DNA of 25,919 nucleotides. It comes from a virus. Positions 12,818 through 20,872 of this stretch are shown here, piece by piece. A program made the position numbers and the translations under genes. Under the pieces are notes generated by a model. It worked only from the letters and a program-made list of their open reading frames with translations, ran no database searches and was not told where the DNA came from. The stretch is from UHGV virus genome UHGV-0239440, one strand, 5' to 3'. Position 1 is the stretch's first letter. Every line of letters begins with the position of its first letter.

Positions 12818-13371
12818 GATATCTGAAGTATGCTTCATGGATTTTCTTAGCTTTGTTAGAGCCATTTGCAGCAATCTTAGCAGTTATCTTAGCACCCTTT
12901 GTAGTCCCATTCTACAGTGAGAAGAAAGGACATCTACCTTTTGGATTCAGATGGATGGAGACATATGACAACCCAATTGATGGTGATAAAGGTCATGTTG
13001 AACGATGGGCTAAGATTAGAAAGATTGGTAAGCTTGGTGTCTATATGCAGAGAGTCGGTTGGCTCTGGAGAAACAAAGCTTATAACTTCTCTTACCATGT
13101 GTTAGGAAGAGATGTAAAAGATGTTACTAAGTGGAAAGGTAATATCAATGTAAGTTCTAACCCTGAAGATAATCAGACAGGTTATCTCCTAATGTGGAAC
13201 AGTAATGCTTGGGGGTTATTCGCTTTTGTACCATCAATTAAAATCTTTGGTAAACAATTCTACTGGAGAATTTATGTTGGATGGAAACTTAAAAGTGTTG
13301 TCCCAGAAGAAAGAGCATTCTCAAGGGAAAGAGTTATGTTGGCATTCTTTATTCATCCACTAAGAAAGTAA
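12814..13371 (+). CDS. putative membrane protein (185 aa)
   Basis: ORF track; N-terminal hydrophobic segment WIFLALLEPFAAILAVILAPFVVPF; GAGGA RBS. Confidence 0.55.
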   Translation: MRYLKYASWIFLALLEPFAAILAVILAPFVVPFYSEKKGHLPFGFRWMETYDNPIDGDKGHVERWAKIRKIGKLGVYMQRVGWLWRNKAYNFSYHVLGRDVKDVTKWKGNINVSSNPEDNQTGYLLMWNSNAWGLFAFVPSIKIFGKQFYWRIYVGWKLKSVVPEERAFSRERVMLAFFIHPLRK

Positions 13372-13379
13372 AGATTTAA

Positions 13380-13455
13380 AGGGGATTAGTTTACAAGGTT
13401 AAAACCTCGGTCTTTGAAATCGAAGAAGTTGGTTCAATTCCAACATCCCCCGCCA
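13380..13455 (+). tRNA. tRNA-Gln (anticodon TTG)
   Basis: Unpaired 1-72 (A-C), anticodon stem TCGGT/ATCGA loop CTTTGAA, T-arm GTTGG-TTCAATT-CCAAC, discriminator G. Confidence 0.7.
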
Positions 13456-13457
13456 AT

Positions 13458-13536
13458 GCTCCATTACTCCAATTGGCAGAGAGGCCAGACTTAAAATCTG
13501 TGTTATGTATCGGTTCGAATCCGATATGGAGTACCA
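13458..13536 (+). tRNA. tRNA with anticodon TAA (leucine anticodon) but short variable loop
   Basis: Acceptor GCTCCAT/ATGGAGT; anticodon stem CAGA/TCTG loop CTTAAAA; T-arm ATCGG-TTCGAAT-CCGAT; discriminator A; 79 nt; D-arm nearly identical to 12398-12475. Confidence 0.55.
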
Positions 13537-13541
13537 AATTT

Positions 13542-13617
13542 AGCGGTATAGCATAACTGGCAATGCAGCAGTCTCTGAAGCTGTCTTATTAAGGTTCAAA
13601 TCCTTATGCCGCTGCCA
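13542..13617 (+). tRNA. tRNA-Gln (anticodon CTG)
   Basis: Acceptor AGCGGTA/TGCCGCT; D-stem GCAT/ATGC; anticodon stem GCAGT/GCTGT loop CTCTGAA; discriminator G. Confidence 0.7.
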
Positions 13618-13620
13618 CTT

Positions 13621-13646
13621 CTAAGGGTTCTTACGAGAGTCCTTAA
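13621..13646 (+). repeat. hairpin element, copy B (3 nt upstream of tRNA-His)
   Basis: CTAAGG-GTTCTTACGAGAGT-CCTTAA, stem TAAGG/CCTTA. Confidence 0.6.
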
Positions 13647-13648
13647 AT

Positions 13649-13724
13649 GTGGCCTTATCATAAATGGTAATGACCCATGCTGTGAACATGGTCTATACGG
13701 GTTCAAATCCCGTAGGTCACCCCA
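13649..13724 (+). tRNA. tRNA-His (anticodon GTG)
   Basis: Acceptor GTGGCCT/AGGTCAC; anticodon stem CCATG/CATGG loop CTGTGAA; discriminator C; nucleotide at -1 is T, so no encoded G-1. Confidence 0.75.
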
Positions 13725-13730
13725 ATTCAT

Positions 13731-13806
13731 AGTCCAAGTAGCTTATATGGTTAAAGCGCGTGTCTGAAAAACATGAGAAGAGGGTTCAAATCCCAATGGA
13801 CTACCA
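13731..13806 (+). tRNA. tRNA-Phe (anticodon GAA)
   Basis: Acceptor AGTCCAA/ATGGACT (6/7); anticodon stem CGTGT/ACATG loop CTGAAAA; T-loop TTCAAAT. Confidence 0.7.
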
Positions 13807-13822
13807 ATTTCAAAGGTGCTTA

Positions 13823-14557
13823 ATGAAAGAGATGACAGAACAAGGTAAGGAGATTTTTAATCTCTTAAAAACCGGTAGAGGGTTTTCTAATCCCCTTATT
13901 ACTGGTGCAGCAGTTCTCGGTGGAACCGTAGCTGCCTCTACATCACTTGTAAGCTCTATTAGCTCTGTAACAGACCCTACAATAAAGGATAAACTTGTTG
14001 CTGCTGGACTTACAACAGTTCTGCTTAACAGCTTTACAACGAGTCTGACAAGCACTACATCAACCACTAAGACATTGACAGATTACGGTCAAAAGTCTAT
14101 TGATGAGTTTTCATCACGTATGCAGGTAGCAAAAGGCTATTCTAATGTTATGGGTGCAGCAGGAGAGCAAGTCGGTTGTACACCATTTAGTGGTATTATG
14201 GGTGTTGCTACAGAGTACGGTCAAAAAGCTATTGACACAATCAACAGTACACTAGACAGTGTTAATGATGTATTAAGTGACTTACAAGATGCTATTGATA
14301 AAGGTCTTGATACTGTTTCTGATTTAGCTAACCAAGCTGTTAGCAAGATTAATGAAGGTATCTCGAAGATTACAGCTTATGCAGATGAAGTTGTGCAGAT
14401 GATTGAAGAAGAAGCTGCCCTTATTGCAGAGTACCTTAAAACGAATATCAATGGGTTCTTAGCAGGTATCTTACCAGACTGGTTTGATGATGCTTGTAAA
14501 ACTGGTGTGATTGACACTATTGCAACACCAGAAATGAAGAACGCATTACAGAAATAA
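13823..14557 (+). CDS. hypothetical protein, hydrophobic N-terminal segment and Ser/Thr-rich and coiled-coil regions (244 aa)
   Basis: ORF track 13760-14557 trimmed to ATG at 13823 because the longer form overlaps tRNA-Phe; AAGGTG RBS-like upstream. Confidence 0.5.
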   Translation: MKEMTEQGKEIFNLLKTGRGFSNPLITGAAVLGGTVAASTSLVSSISSVTDPTIKDKLVAAGLTTVLLNSFTTSLTSTTSTTKTLTDYGQKSIDEFSSRMQVAKGYSNVMGAAGEQVGCTPFSGIMGVATEYGQKAIDTINSTLDSVNDVLSDLQDAIDKGLDTVSDLANQAVSKINEGISKITAYADEVVQMIEEEAALIAEYLKTNINGFLAGILPDWFDDACKTGVIDTIATPEMKNALQK

Positions 14558-14558
14558 T

Positions 14559-14651
14559 GGAAGATTAACCCTAAAAGGTAAGGGAGCAGTTTGCTAAACT
14601 GCCAGTAGCTGAGAAATCGGTGTACCAGTTCAAGTCTGGTATCTTCCTCCA
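14559..14651 (+). tRNA. tRNA-Ser (anticodon GCT), class II
   Basis: 93 nt; acceptor GGAAGAT/ATCTTCC perfect; anticodon stem GCAGT/ACTGC loop TTGCTAA; long variable arm; T-arm ACCAG-TTCAAGT-CTGGT. Confidence 0.8.
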
Positions 14652-14655
14652 ATTT

Positions 14656-14731
14656 GAATCCGTGACAGAAATGGCTATGTGCCTGTCTGCAAAACAGGTT
14701 TATAAGGGTTCGAGTCCCTTCGGATTCTCCA
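14656..14731 (+). tRNA. tRNA-Cys (anticodon GCA)
   Basis: Acceptor GAATCCG/CGGATTC perfect; anticodon stem CCTGT/ACAGG loop CTGCAAA; discriminator T; T-loop TTCGAGT. Confidence 0.8.
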
Positions 14732-14768
14732 AGTTATTTTACTCTCTCTCAATTAAAATAATAATAAT

Positions 14769-14828
14769 GCCCTGCTATAAGTATTCTTCCTTTCGCTACC
14801 GAAGAGTATTTTTAGACAGGGCTTTTTT
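14769..14828 (+). terminator. rho-independent terminator after last tRNA
   Basis: GCCCTG (14769-14774) pairs with CAGGGC (14817-14822) around a structured loop, followed by TTTTTT (14823-14828). Confidence 0.5.
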
Positions 14829-14893
14829 ACAGAGTTATACTTTATAAGAAGACTTATACAGTATGTCTCTGACGTACATTGTGGTTTCTCCTT

Positions 14894-14917
14894 GACGGTC
14901 TCTGTACCGTCTTTTTT
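14894..14917 (+). terminator. rho-independent terminator
   Basis: GACGGT-CTCTGT-ACCGTC hairpin followed by TTTTTT. Confidence 0.65.
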
Positions 14918-14953
14918 AAGGGGAAACATGATTAATTATTTGGAGAAAACATA

Positions 14954-15154
14954 ATGAGCGAGAACGTTTATAAAGAACTTTATGAAGCCAATAAAAAGCT
15001 AGAATTTATGCAGACTACTATTATGGCAATTGCAGACAGATTATCTGTAGCAACAGGTATTGATATCAAAGAAGCATCTATGGATGCACTTCTTGATGCT
15101 GTTGATGCAAAGTTCGAAGTTAAGAAAGAAGAGACTGCTACAGACTCTGAATAA
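14954..15154 (+). CDS. small acidic hypothetical protein (66 aa); small terminase subunit cannot be excluded
   Basis: ORF track; GGAGA RBS; sits immediately upstream of large terminase gene, but is shorter than typical small terminases. Confidence 0.4.
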   Translation: MSENVYKELYEANKKLEFMQTTIMAIADRLSVATGIDIKEASMDALLDAVDAKFEVKKEETATDSE

Positions 15155-15175
15155 TTCTATTTGCGGAGGTGCTTA

Positions 15176-16777
15176 ATGGACTTAAATGCTGTTAAGCAGA
15201 AGCGAGTGGAAGATGTTAGGAAAGTCCTAGCTGGAGAGTTGGGGCTTTCTGATGAAGTAAAAGAAATTATCAAATCATTCGGTAAAGACCCCTCTAAATT
15301 CCTTCCAACTCAAATTCTGACTTTATTAAGATACACACCAGACCAAGTTAGACTTATCTTCAAATTGATGACTGATAAGAACTATGTAGCCCCTCAGCCG
15401 GGTTCTCAAGAGGTATTCTTAAATACTAATGCTGACTTGGTTTTATATGGTGGTGCTGCTGGTGCTGGTAAAACTGCTGCATTGTTAATGGACTCTTTAA
15501 GGTTTATTGAAGACCCTAACTATAATGCTGTATATTTCCGTCGAAATACAACACAGTTACAAGGTGGTTTATGGCCTGCTGCAAAGAAACTATTTGGTAA
15601 GTTTGGTGGGGTTCCTCACGAGCAGAAGATGACTATCACATTCCCTTCTGGGGCAACTATCAAGTTCACCTACCTAGAACTTGAAAAGCACGCTGAAGGT
15701 CATCAGGGTATTGAATACTCAGCTATCTACTTTGACGAAGGTACACACTTCTCTGCTTCACAGATTTCATACCTACAGACCCGTCTACGTTCTGGTGCTG
15801 AAGGTGACTCATACATGAAGATTTCTATGAACCCAGATAGAGACCACTTCATTTATGATTGGGTAGAACCCTTCTTAGATGAAGAAGGTTACCCAGACCC
15901 TGAGAAGTGCGGTCGTATTCGTTGGTATGTTATGAATGATGGTGTGATGGTTTCTGATTGGGAGAGAGACAAGATTCTTGAAATGTTCCCTCTTGAGATT
16001 CCTCAGACATACACATTCATCTCTGGTACGATTGATGATAACCCAATTCTTGACTTCTTAGAACCTAAATATCGTGGTAAGTTGGAAAACAACACACCTG
16101 TAAACGTTGCAAGACTTCGTTTCGGTAACTGGAAGGCTCGTGCAGAAGGTTCAAACTATTGGCAAAGACAATGGTGTGAAATTGTTGATTCACTCCCAGA
16201 AGATGTATTCGATGTCAGAGCATGGGACTTAGCAGCAACTTTACCATCTGAGATTAACCCTAATCCAGACTGGACAGCGGGTGTTAAGATGGGTAAATCT
16301 AAAAAAGACGGTTGCTATTATATCATTGATGTAGTAAGATTTAGAGATAGACCCTCTGGAGTCGAAACACAAATTAATTTGACTGCTGAAAGTGACGGTA
16401 AGCGAACTGGTATTTTTATCCCTCAAGACCCAGGCGCTGCTGGTAAATCCTATGCAACATCCCTCATCAGGAAACTTGCCGAGAAAGGTTATCGCGCAAG
16501 AGCTAAACCAACAAATAAAGATAAAGTTACCCGCTTTGCGGGATTTTCTGCTGCTTCTGAAGCTGGACTTGTAAAAGTCTTGAGAGGTAGTTGGAACGAA
16601 GCTTACTTCCAAGAACTTGAAGGTTTTTGTGGTGATGGTAAAACTAAAGATGACCAAGTGGATGCTACCAGTGATGCTTTCAACAGTCTTAACGAAGTTA
16701 AATTATTCAAGCCACCATCAATGGGTGCTCACACAGACTTAGTGAGGGGAAACCCATATGAGGGGCTTAGACGTTGA
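15176..16777 (+). CDS. terminase large subunit
   Basis: Walker A-like P-loop VLYGGAAGAGKTAAL near N-terminus; ~530 aa; followed by portal gene. ORF track TTG start at 15161 replaced by ATG at 15176 preceded by GGAGG. Confidence 0.8.
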   Translation: MDLNAVKQKRVEDVRKVLAGELGLSDEVKEIIKSFGKDPSKFLPTQILTLLRYTPDQVRLIFKLMTDKNYVAPQPGSQEVFLNTNADLVLYGGAAGAGKTAALLMDSLRFIEDPNYNAVYFRRNTTQLQGGLWPAAKKLFGKFGGVPHEQKMTITFPSGATIKFTYLELEKHAEGHQGIEYSAIYFDEGTHFSASQISYLQTRLRSGAEGDSYMKISMNPDRDHFIYDWVEPFLDEEGYPDPEKCGRIRWYVMNDGVMVSDWERDKILEMFPLEIPQTYTFISGTIDDNPILDFLEPKYRGKLENNTPVNVARLRFGNWKARAEGSNYWQRQWCEIVDSLPEDVFDVRAWDLAATLPSEINPNPDWTAGVKMGKSKKDGCYYIIDVVRFRDRPSGVETQINLTAESDGKRTGIFIPQDPGAAGKSYATSLIRKLAEKGYRARAKPTNKDKVTRFAGFSAASEAGLVKVLRGSWNEAYFQELEGFCGDGKTKDDQVDATSDAFNSLNEVKLFKPPSMGAHTDLVRGNPYEGLRR

Positions 16778-16793
16778 TAGCTAGGTGAGAAGA

Positions 16794-18260
16794 ATGGCAG
16801 ATATTACAGAAACACAAGAAAGCTTACCACCATTTAGAATGGGTGAAGTAGGTTCTTTGGGTCTGAAGGTTAAGAATGGTAGAATCTATGAAGAACCTCG
16901 TCAGGCACTAAGGTTTCCTGAAAGTATTAAAACTTTCCAATTAATGATGCGTGACCCTGCTGTAGCAGCATCTGTAAATATTATTAAGATGTTTGTCAGA
17001 AAAGTCAACTGGAGATTCGTACCTCCAAAGGGAAAAGAGCAAGACCCTAAAATGCTTGAAAGAGCAGACTTCTTTAATTCTTTAATGGATGACATGGAGC
17101 ATGATTGGGCAGATTTTATTAACTCTGTAATGTCATTCTGCACTTATGGGTTCTGTGTTAACGAAAAGGTTTATAAGAAACGTCAGGGTAAAAAAGGAAA
17201 GTACCAATCAAAATTTGATGATGGTCTAATTGGGTGGGCTAAATTACCAATCAGAAACCAGTCAACACTTGATAAGTGGTATTTTGACGAAGACTTTAGA
17301 AAAGTTACTGGTGTCAGACAAAATCTAAGAAATGTTTCACATATTGCTGGAGCAATTAATCTTGGAGAAAGACCACTAACAAGAAAACTCCCACGAGCTA
17401 AATTCATGCTGTTTAAGTATGATGATGAGTATGGTAACCCAGAAGGTCGTTCACCATTACTTAATGCTTATGTACCGTGGAAGTATAAAGTACAGATTGA
17501 AGAGTATGAAGCTGTTGGTGTTTCAAGAGACTTAGTAGGTATGCCAAAGATTGGTTTACCACCAGATTATCTGGATGAAAATGCAGAGCCTGAAAAGAAA
17601 GCTTTCGTACAATACTGCAAAACTGTTGTTAATGATATGATTGCTAACGACAGAGCAGGTTTAATCTGGCCTAGATATATCGACCCAGATACTAAAGAGG
17701 ATATCTTTGAGTTCTCATTAGTTTCTAGACAGGGTGCTAAAGCATATGACACAGGCTCTATTATTGACAGATATTCCAAGCAAATTATGATGGCATTTAT
17801 GTCAGATGTTCTTGCTATGGGTCAGTCAAAATACGGTTCATTTTCTCTTGCAGATTCTAAGACAAGCTTACTAGCAATGTCAGTAGATATTCTGCTGAAG
17901 CAAATTAAGAACGTAATTAACCGTGACTTAGTTGCACAGACTTATGCTCTTAACATGTGGGATGATGAAGAACATGTGCAAATCACATATGATGATATTG
18001 AAACTCCAGACCTTGAAACAATTGGTTCTTATATTCAGAAGACTGTTGCAGTAGGTGCTTTGGAAGTTGACAAAGAGCTATCTAACAAACTTAGAGAGCA
18101 TATTGGTCTTCCTCCTGCTGATGAGTCTCAGCCAGTATCTGAAAAGCTTTCTCCGAATAGCCAAAGCCGTTCAGGAGATGGTTATAAGACCGCTGGAGAA
18201 GGTACTGCAAAGACACCTTCAGCGAAAGACCCAAGCACAGCAAATAAGGCAAATAAATAA
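16794..18260 (+). CDS. portal protein
   Basis: ~490 aa ORF immediately after large terminase and upstream of protease/scaffold and capsid genes; acidic disordered C-terminus; ATG at 16794 preferred over GTG at 16785. Confidence 0.65.
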   Translation: MADITETQESLPPFRMGEVGSLGLKVKNGRIYEEPRQALRFPESIKTFQLMMRDPAVAASVNIIKMFVRKVNWRFVPPKGKEQDPKMLERADFFNSLMDDMEHDWADFINSVMSFCTYGFCVNEKVYKKRQGKKGKYQSKFDDGLIGWAKLPIRNQSTLDKWYFDEDFRKVTGVRQNLRNVSHIAGAINLGERPLTRKLPRAKFMLFKYDDEYGNPEGRSPLLNAYVPWKYKVQIEEYEAVGVSRDLVGMPKIGLPPDYLDENAEPEKKAFVQYCKTVVNDMIANDRAGLIWPRYIDPDTKEDIFEFSLVSRQGAKAYDTGSIIDRYSKQIMMAFMSDVLAMGQSKYGSFSLADSKTSLLAMSVDILLKQIKNVINRDLVAQTYALNMWDDEEHVQITYDDIETPDLETIGSYIQKTVAVGALEVDKELSNKLREHIGLPPADESQPVSEKLSPNSQSRSGDGYKTAGEGTAKTPSAKDPSTANKANK

Positions 18261-18760
18261 TGACTGAAGTTATCTCTATTTCAAATGCTACACGAGTGCA
18301 TTCGTATAGAGGTGTTCTTACCATTACTGACAAGTTATCTGTAGAGGCTGGCTCAAGGGTCAGCCTTTCAGGTTATGTAAGTGACGGTGGAACCTCTGAC
18401 GTTTTCACTATTTGCAGGTTACTTGATGCACCAATGAGTGGAAAACCGTTTATTTCAGGAAATTGTAGTGAAATTGTTAAAATTCCATTTGACAGTTCAT
18501 GCCTTTTGGGTGTAAAGTTATATAACTGCGAGAATAAACGTATCAATGTTAATAGCATTGAAGCCGCTTTCATTACCCTCGACACTGCATTTCAATCTCC
18601 AATGACAGTTAATAAAGAAACAAACAGACTTGAATACATTTTTTCACAAAATGATTACAAAGTACTTGTCAAAGGTAAAGTATATGATATGATTGTAAAT
18701 GTGGTAGATGAATCTGGTAACCATTCAACAGTCCTTAAACAAAAAGTAAGGTTTAATTAA
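18260..18760 (+). CDS. hypothetical protein in head module (166 aa)
   Basis: ORF track; TAATG overlap with portal stop. Confidence 0.5.
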   Translation: MTEVISISNATRVHSYRGVLTITDKLSVEAGSRVSLSGYVSDGGTSDVFTICRLLDAPMSGKPFISGNCSEIVKIPFDSSCLLGVKLYNCENKRINVNSIEAAFITLDTAFQSPMTVNKETNRLEYIFSQNDYKVLVKGKVYDMIVNVVDESGNHSTVLKQKVRFN

Positions 18761-19092
18761 TGGGAACATTAACTATTGATGGTAAGAATAAAATCCTCGC
18801 CACGCTAACCCCAACGACTATTATTTTACACAATGTAGACCCAACGGCAGACCCTACAGCAAATAAGGTTACTCAGCCAGTGGCTATTTATTTTTCTGAA
18901 CCGGATAATGGCTTAATTGCCTCAGAAGACACAGTTAATATTACTGTCCCAGCTTCTGCAACGGTCTCACACTATAGCTTGTGGGATGCTAACGATAAAT
19001 GCGTGGCAACTGGTGCTCTTAGCAAACCTCAATTCTTTGCTGAAGAAGGTATTTATGTTATCTCTTCAGTCTCTGTAGATTTAAACAAATAG
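18760..19092 (+). CDS. hypothetical protein in head module (110 aa)
   Basis: ORF track; start overlaps the upstream stop. Confidence 0.5.
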   Translation: MGTLTIDGKNKILATLTPTTIILHNVDPTADPTANKVTQPVAIYFSEPDNGLIASEDTVNITVPASATVSHYSLWDANDKCVATGALSKPQFFAEEGIYVISSVSVDLNK

Positions 19093-19103
19093 GGTGAGTA
19101 AAA

Positions 19104-20450
19104 ATGAGTTCGAATATCTTCAGACTTGCTGATAGATTATTCAACCAACCTTTACTAGCCACTGAATCATTAGCTCACTCAGCAGCAACTTATGTGAATA
19201 ACAGATTGCTGGGTGATGTCCAAGCAGCAGTAAACTTTGATAAACCCAAAGGTGAAGCAAGAAGTCTTTTAAAAGTAAAAGATGACATTGCTATTATCCC
19301 TATTATGGGTGGCTTAACTCATCGTATGACATTCATTGATGCAATGTGTACAGGTGGTTTAAGCTCTTATGAAGGTTTACGCAGAGGCTTTGACGAAGCT
19401 TTAGCAGATGAGTCAATTAAGACTATTGTTCTGCATATTGATTCTGGTGGTGGTGAAGCTTCAGGTTGCTTTGAATTAGCACGTCACATTATGGCTTCAA
19501 GAGGCCAAAAGAAAATTATTGCTTATGTAGATGAGTTCGCTTGTTCCGCTGCATATGCTCTTGCATCTTCTGCTGAAGAAATTATTGCATCACCAGATGC
19601 AGATGTTGGTTCTATTGGTGTAATCATGGTTCATCAGGAATTAACTAAGGCATTTGAAAAGAGTGGCGTAACAATTAACGTCATCAAAGCTGGTGAGTTT
19701 AAAGGTATGGGTTCACCATTCCAAGCACTCTCAGAAGAAAGCAAAGAAAGACTTCAAAAGAGAATTAATGATACCTACGCAACCTTTACAGGTTTTGTAG
19801 CTGAATCTCGTAATCTCTCTGAAGAAGCTGTAAAGAATACTGAGGCGAATGTTTATTCTGCTCAGGAAGCTCTTGAACTTGGTTTAATTAACTCAATCAT
19901 GTCTCAAGATGATTTCTTAAATTACTTACAAGGTTCTGAAGAGGCTCCTGTAAGTTTAAACGTTAACAATTCAGGTGAAGAAATGACTGAACAAGAAAAG
20001 CAAGAACTAGAAGCTTTGCGTCTTCAGGTTGCTCAAATGAAAGCTAAAGAACAGGAAGCTGCTTTGTCAGATTTGACTAATAAGATTTCTGCTTCTGCTG
20101 AAGCTTTTGGATTTGATGCAAAAGAAGCTGCAACGACTATTTTAGGTGCTGGTCTTGATAACCCTCTGAGTGTTCTGTTTATGAATGCTATGGAAGGTGC
20201 TAACCAGAAACTTAATGAAACTATCGCATCCCATGCTTCTGCAATGGAAGAAAAAGAATCAGAAATTACCAAGCTGAAAGAAACTGCTGGTGCTGTTCTT
20301 GAACATTCCAACGCTATGGAAGAAATGGGTAATGACGGCGAAGCTGATTTGGTTGAAGAAGAAAAAGAACCAGCTAAGAATGCTTCCGAAGACACTGCTG
20401 AACAACGCAAACTGGCTCTCCAGAATGCTCTAAAATCTCTTATCAAATAA
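19104..20450 (+). CDS. head maturation protease (S49/SppA-like) fused to scaffold-like coiled-coil domain
   Basis: N-terminal region IIPIMGGL...IKTIVLHIDSGGGEASGCFELARHI...FACSAAYALASSAEEI matches the ClpP/SppA-type serine peptidase pattern of lambda gpC-like proteases; C-terminal ~170 aa is Ala/Glu/Lys-rich, predicted coiled coil. Confidence 0.75.
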   Translation: MSSNIFRLADRLFNQPLLATESLAHSAATYVNNRLLGDVQAAVNFDKPKGEARSLLKVKDDIAIIPIMGGLTHRMTFIDAMCTGGLSSYEGLRRGFDEALADESIKTIVLHIDSGGGEASGCFELARHIMASRGQKKIIAYVDEFACSAAYALASSAEEIIASPDADVGSIGVIMVHQELTKAFEKSGVTINVIKAGEFKGMGSPFQALSEESKERLQKRINDTYATFTGFVAESRNLSEEAVKNTEANVYSAQEALELGLINSIMSQDDFLNYLQGSEEAPVSLNVNNSGEEMTEQEKQELEALRLQVAQMKAKEQEAALSDLTNKISASAEAFGFDAKEAATTILGAGLDNPLSVLFMNAMEGANQKLNETIASHASAMEEKESEITKLKETAGAVLEHSNAMEEMGNDGEADLVEEEKEPAKNASEDTAEQRKLALQNALKSLIK

Positions 20451-20461
20451 GGAACACAACA

Positions 20462-20839
20462 ATGGCATATCAAGGTTTTACTAAGTTAGGTAAAAGAGAA
20501 CCTCTGAATGATATCATTCTTTGGGAACAGGTTACCCCAACAGGCCACTCTCGCAAAGAGTACACTCCACAGGCATCTACAGAATATCGTGTAGGTGAGG
20601 TTCTGAAAGCAGATGGTACTAAGGTACAAGCTGGAGAAGAAACTCAGGCTGATTCTGTATGTATCGTTAACTTTTATGCAGACCTGCAACTGTCTTACCA
20701 CGGTCAGTTGAAAGTTGTTGGTATTTACCGTGATGCAGAATTAAAAGACATGCTTACTCTTGAATCAAGCGTTGATGCTGCCGCAGTCAAGAAAGCTCTG
20801 GCTGCTAAAGGTATTGATTTCGTACCAACTGGCCTGTAA
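20462..20839 (+). CDS. putative head decoration protein (125 aa)
   Basis: Size and position between protease/scaffold and major capsid gene match the lambda gpD slot; weak similarity by eye only. Confidence 0.4.
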   Translation: MAYQGFTKLGKREPLNDIILWEQVTPTGHSRKEYTPQASTEYRVGEVLKADGTKVQAGEETQADSVCIVNFYADLQLSYHGQLKVVGIYRDAELKDMLTLESSVDAAAVKKALAAKGIDFVPTGL

Positions 20840-20872
20840 TAACAATAATAAGACATTCTGGAGAATTTTACA

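Noticed and set aside
13760-13822. Upstream extension of the supplied ORF 13760-14557
   Set aside because: It overlaps tRNA-Phe (13731-13806); the internal ATG at 13823 with an upstream AAGGTG is the more plausible start.
14377-14847. ORFs 14377-14652 (minus) and 14620-14847 (plus)
   Set aside because: They overlap tRNA-Ser(GCT), tRNA-Cys and the terminator hairpin; no RBS.
8838-14950. CRISPR array or other regularly spaced direct repeats
   Set aside because: The repeats present are short motifs at irregular spacing, tied to tRNA genes, with no repeat-spacer periodicity.
15161-15175. TTG start codon of the large terminase ORF in the supplied track
   Set aside because: ATG at 15176 is preceded by GGAGG at optimal spacing; the TTG start would place that RBS inside the coding sequence.
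16241-18585. Nested ORFs inside the terminase, portal and downstream genes
   Set aside because: Embedded within long, well-supported structural ORFs; typical shadow ORFs.
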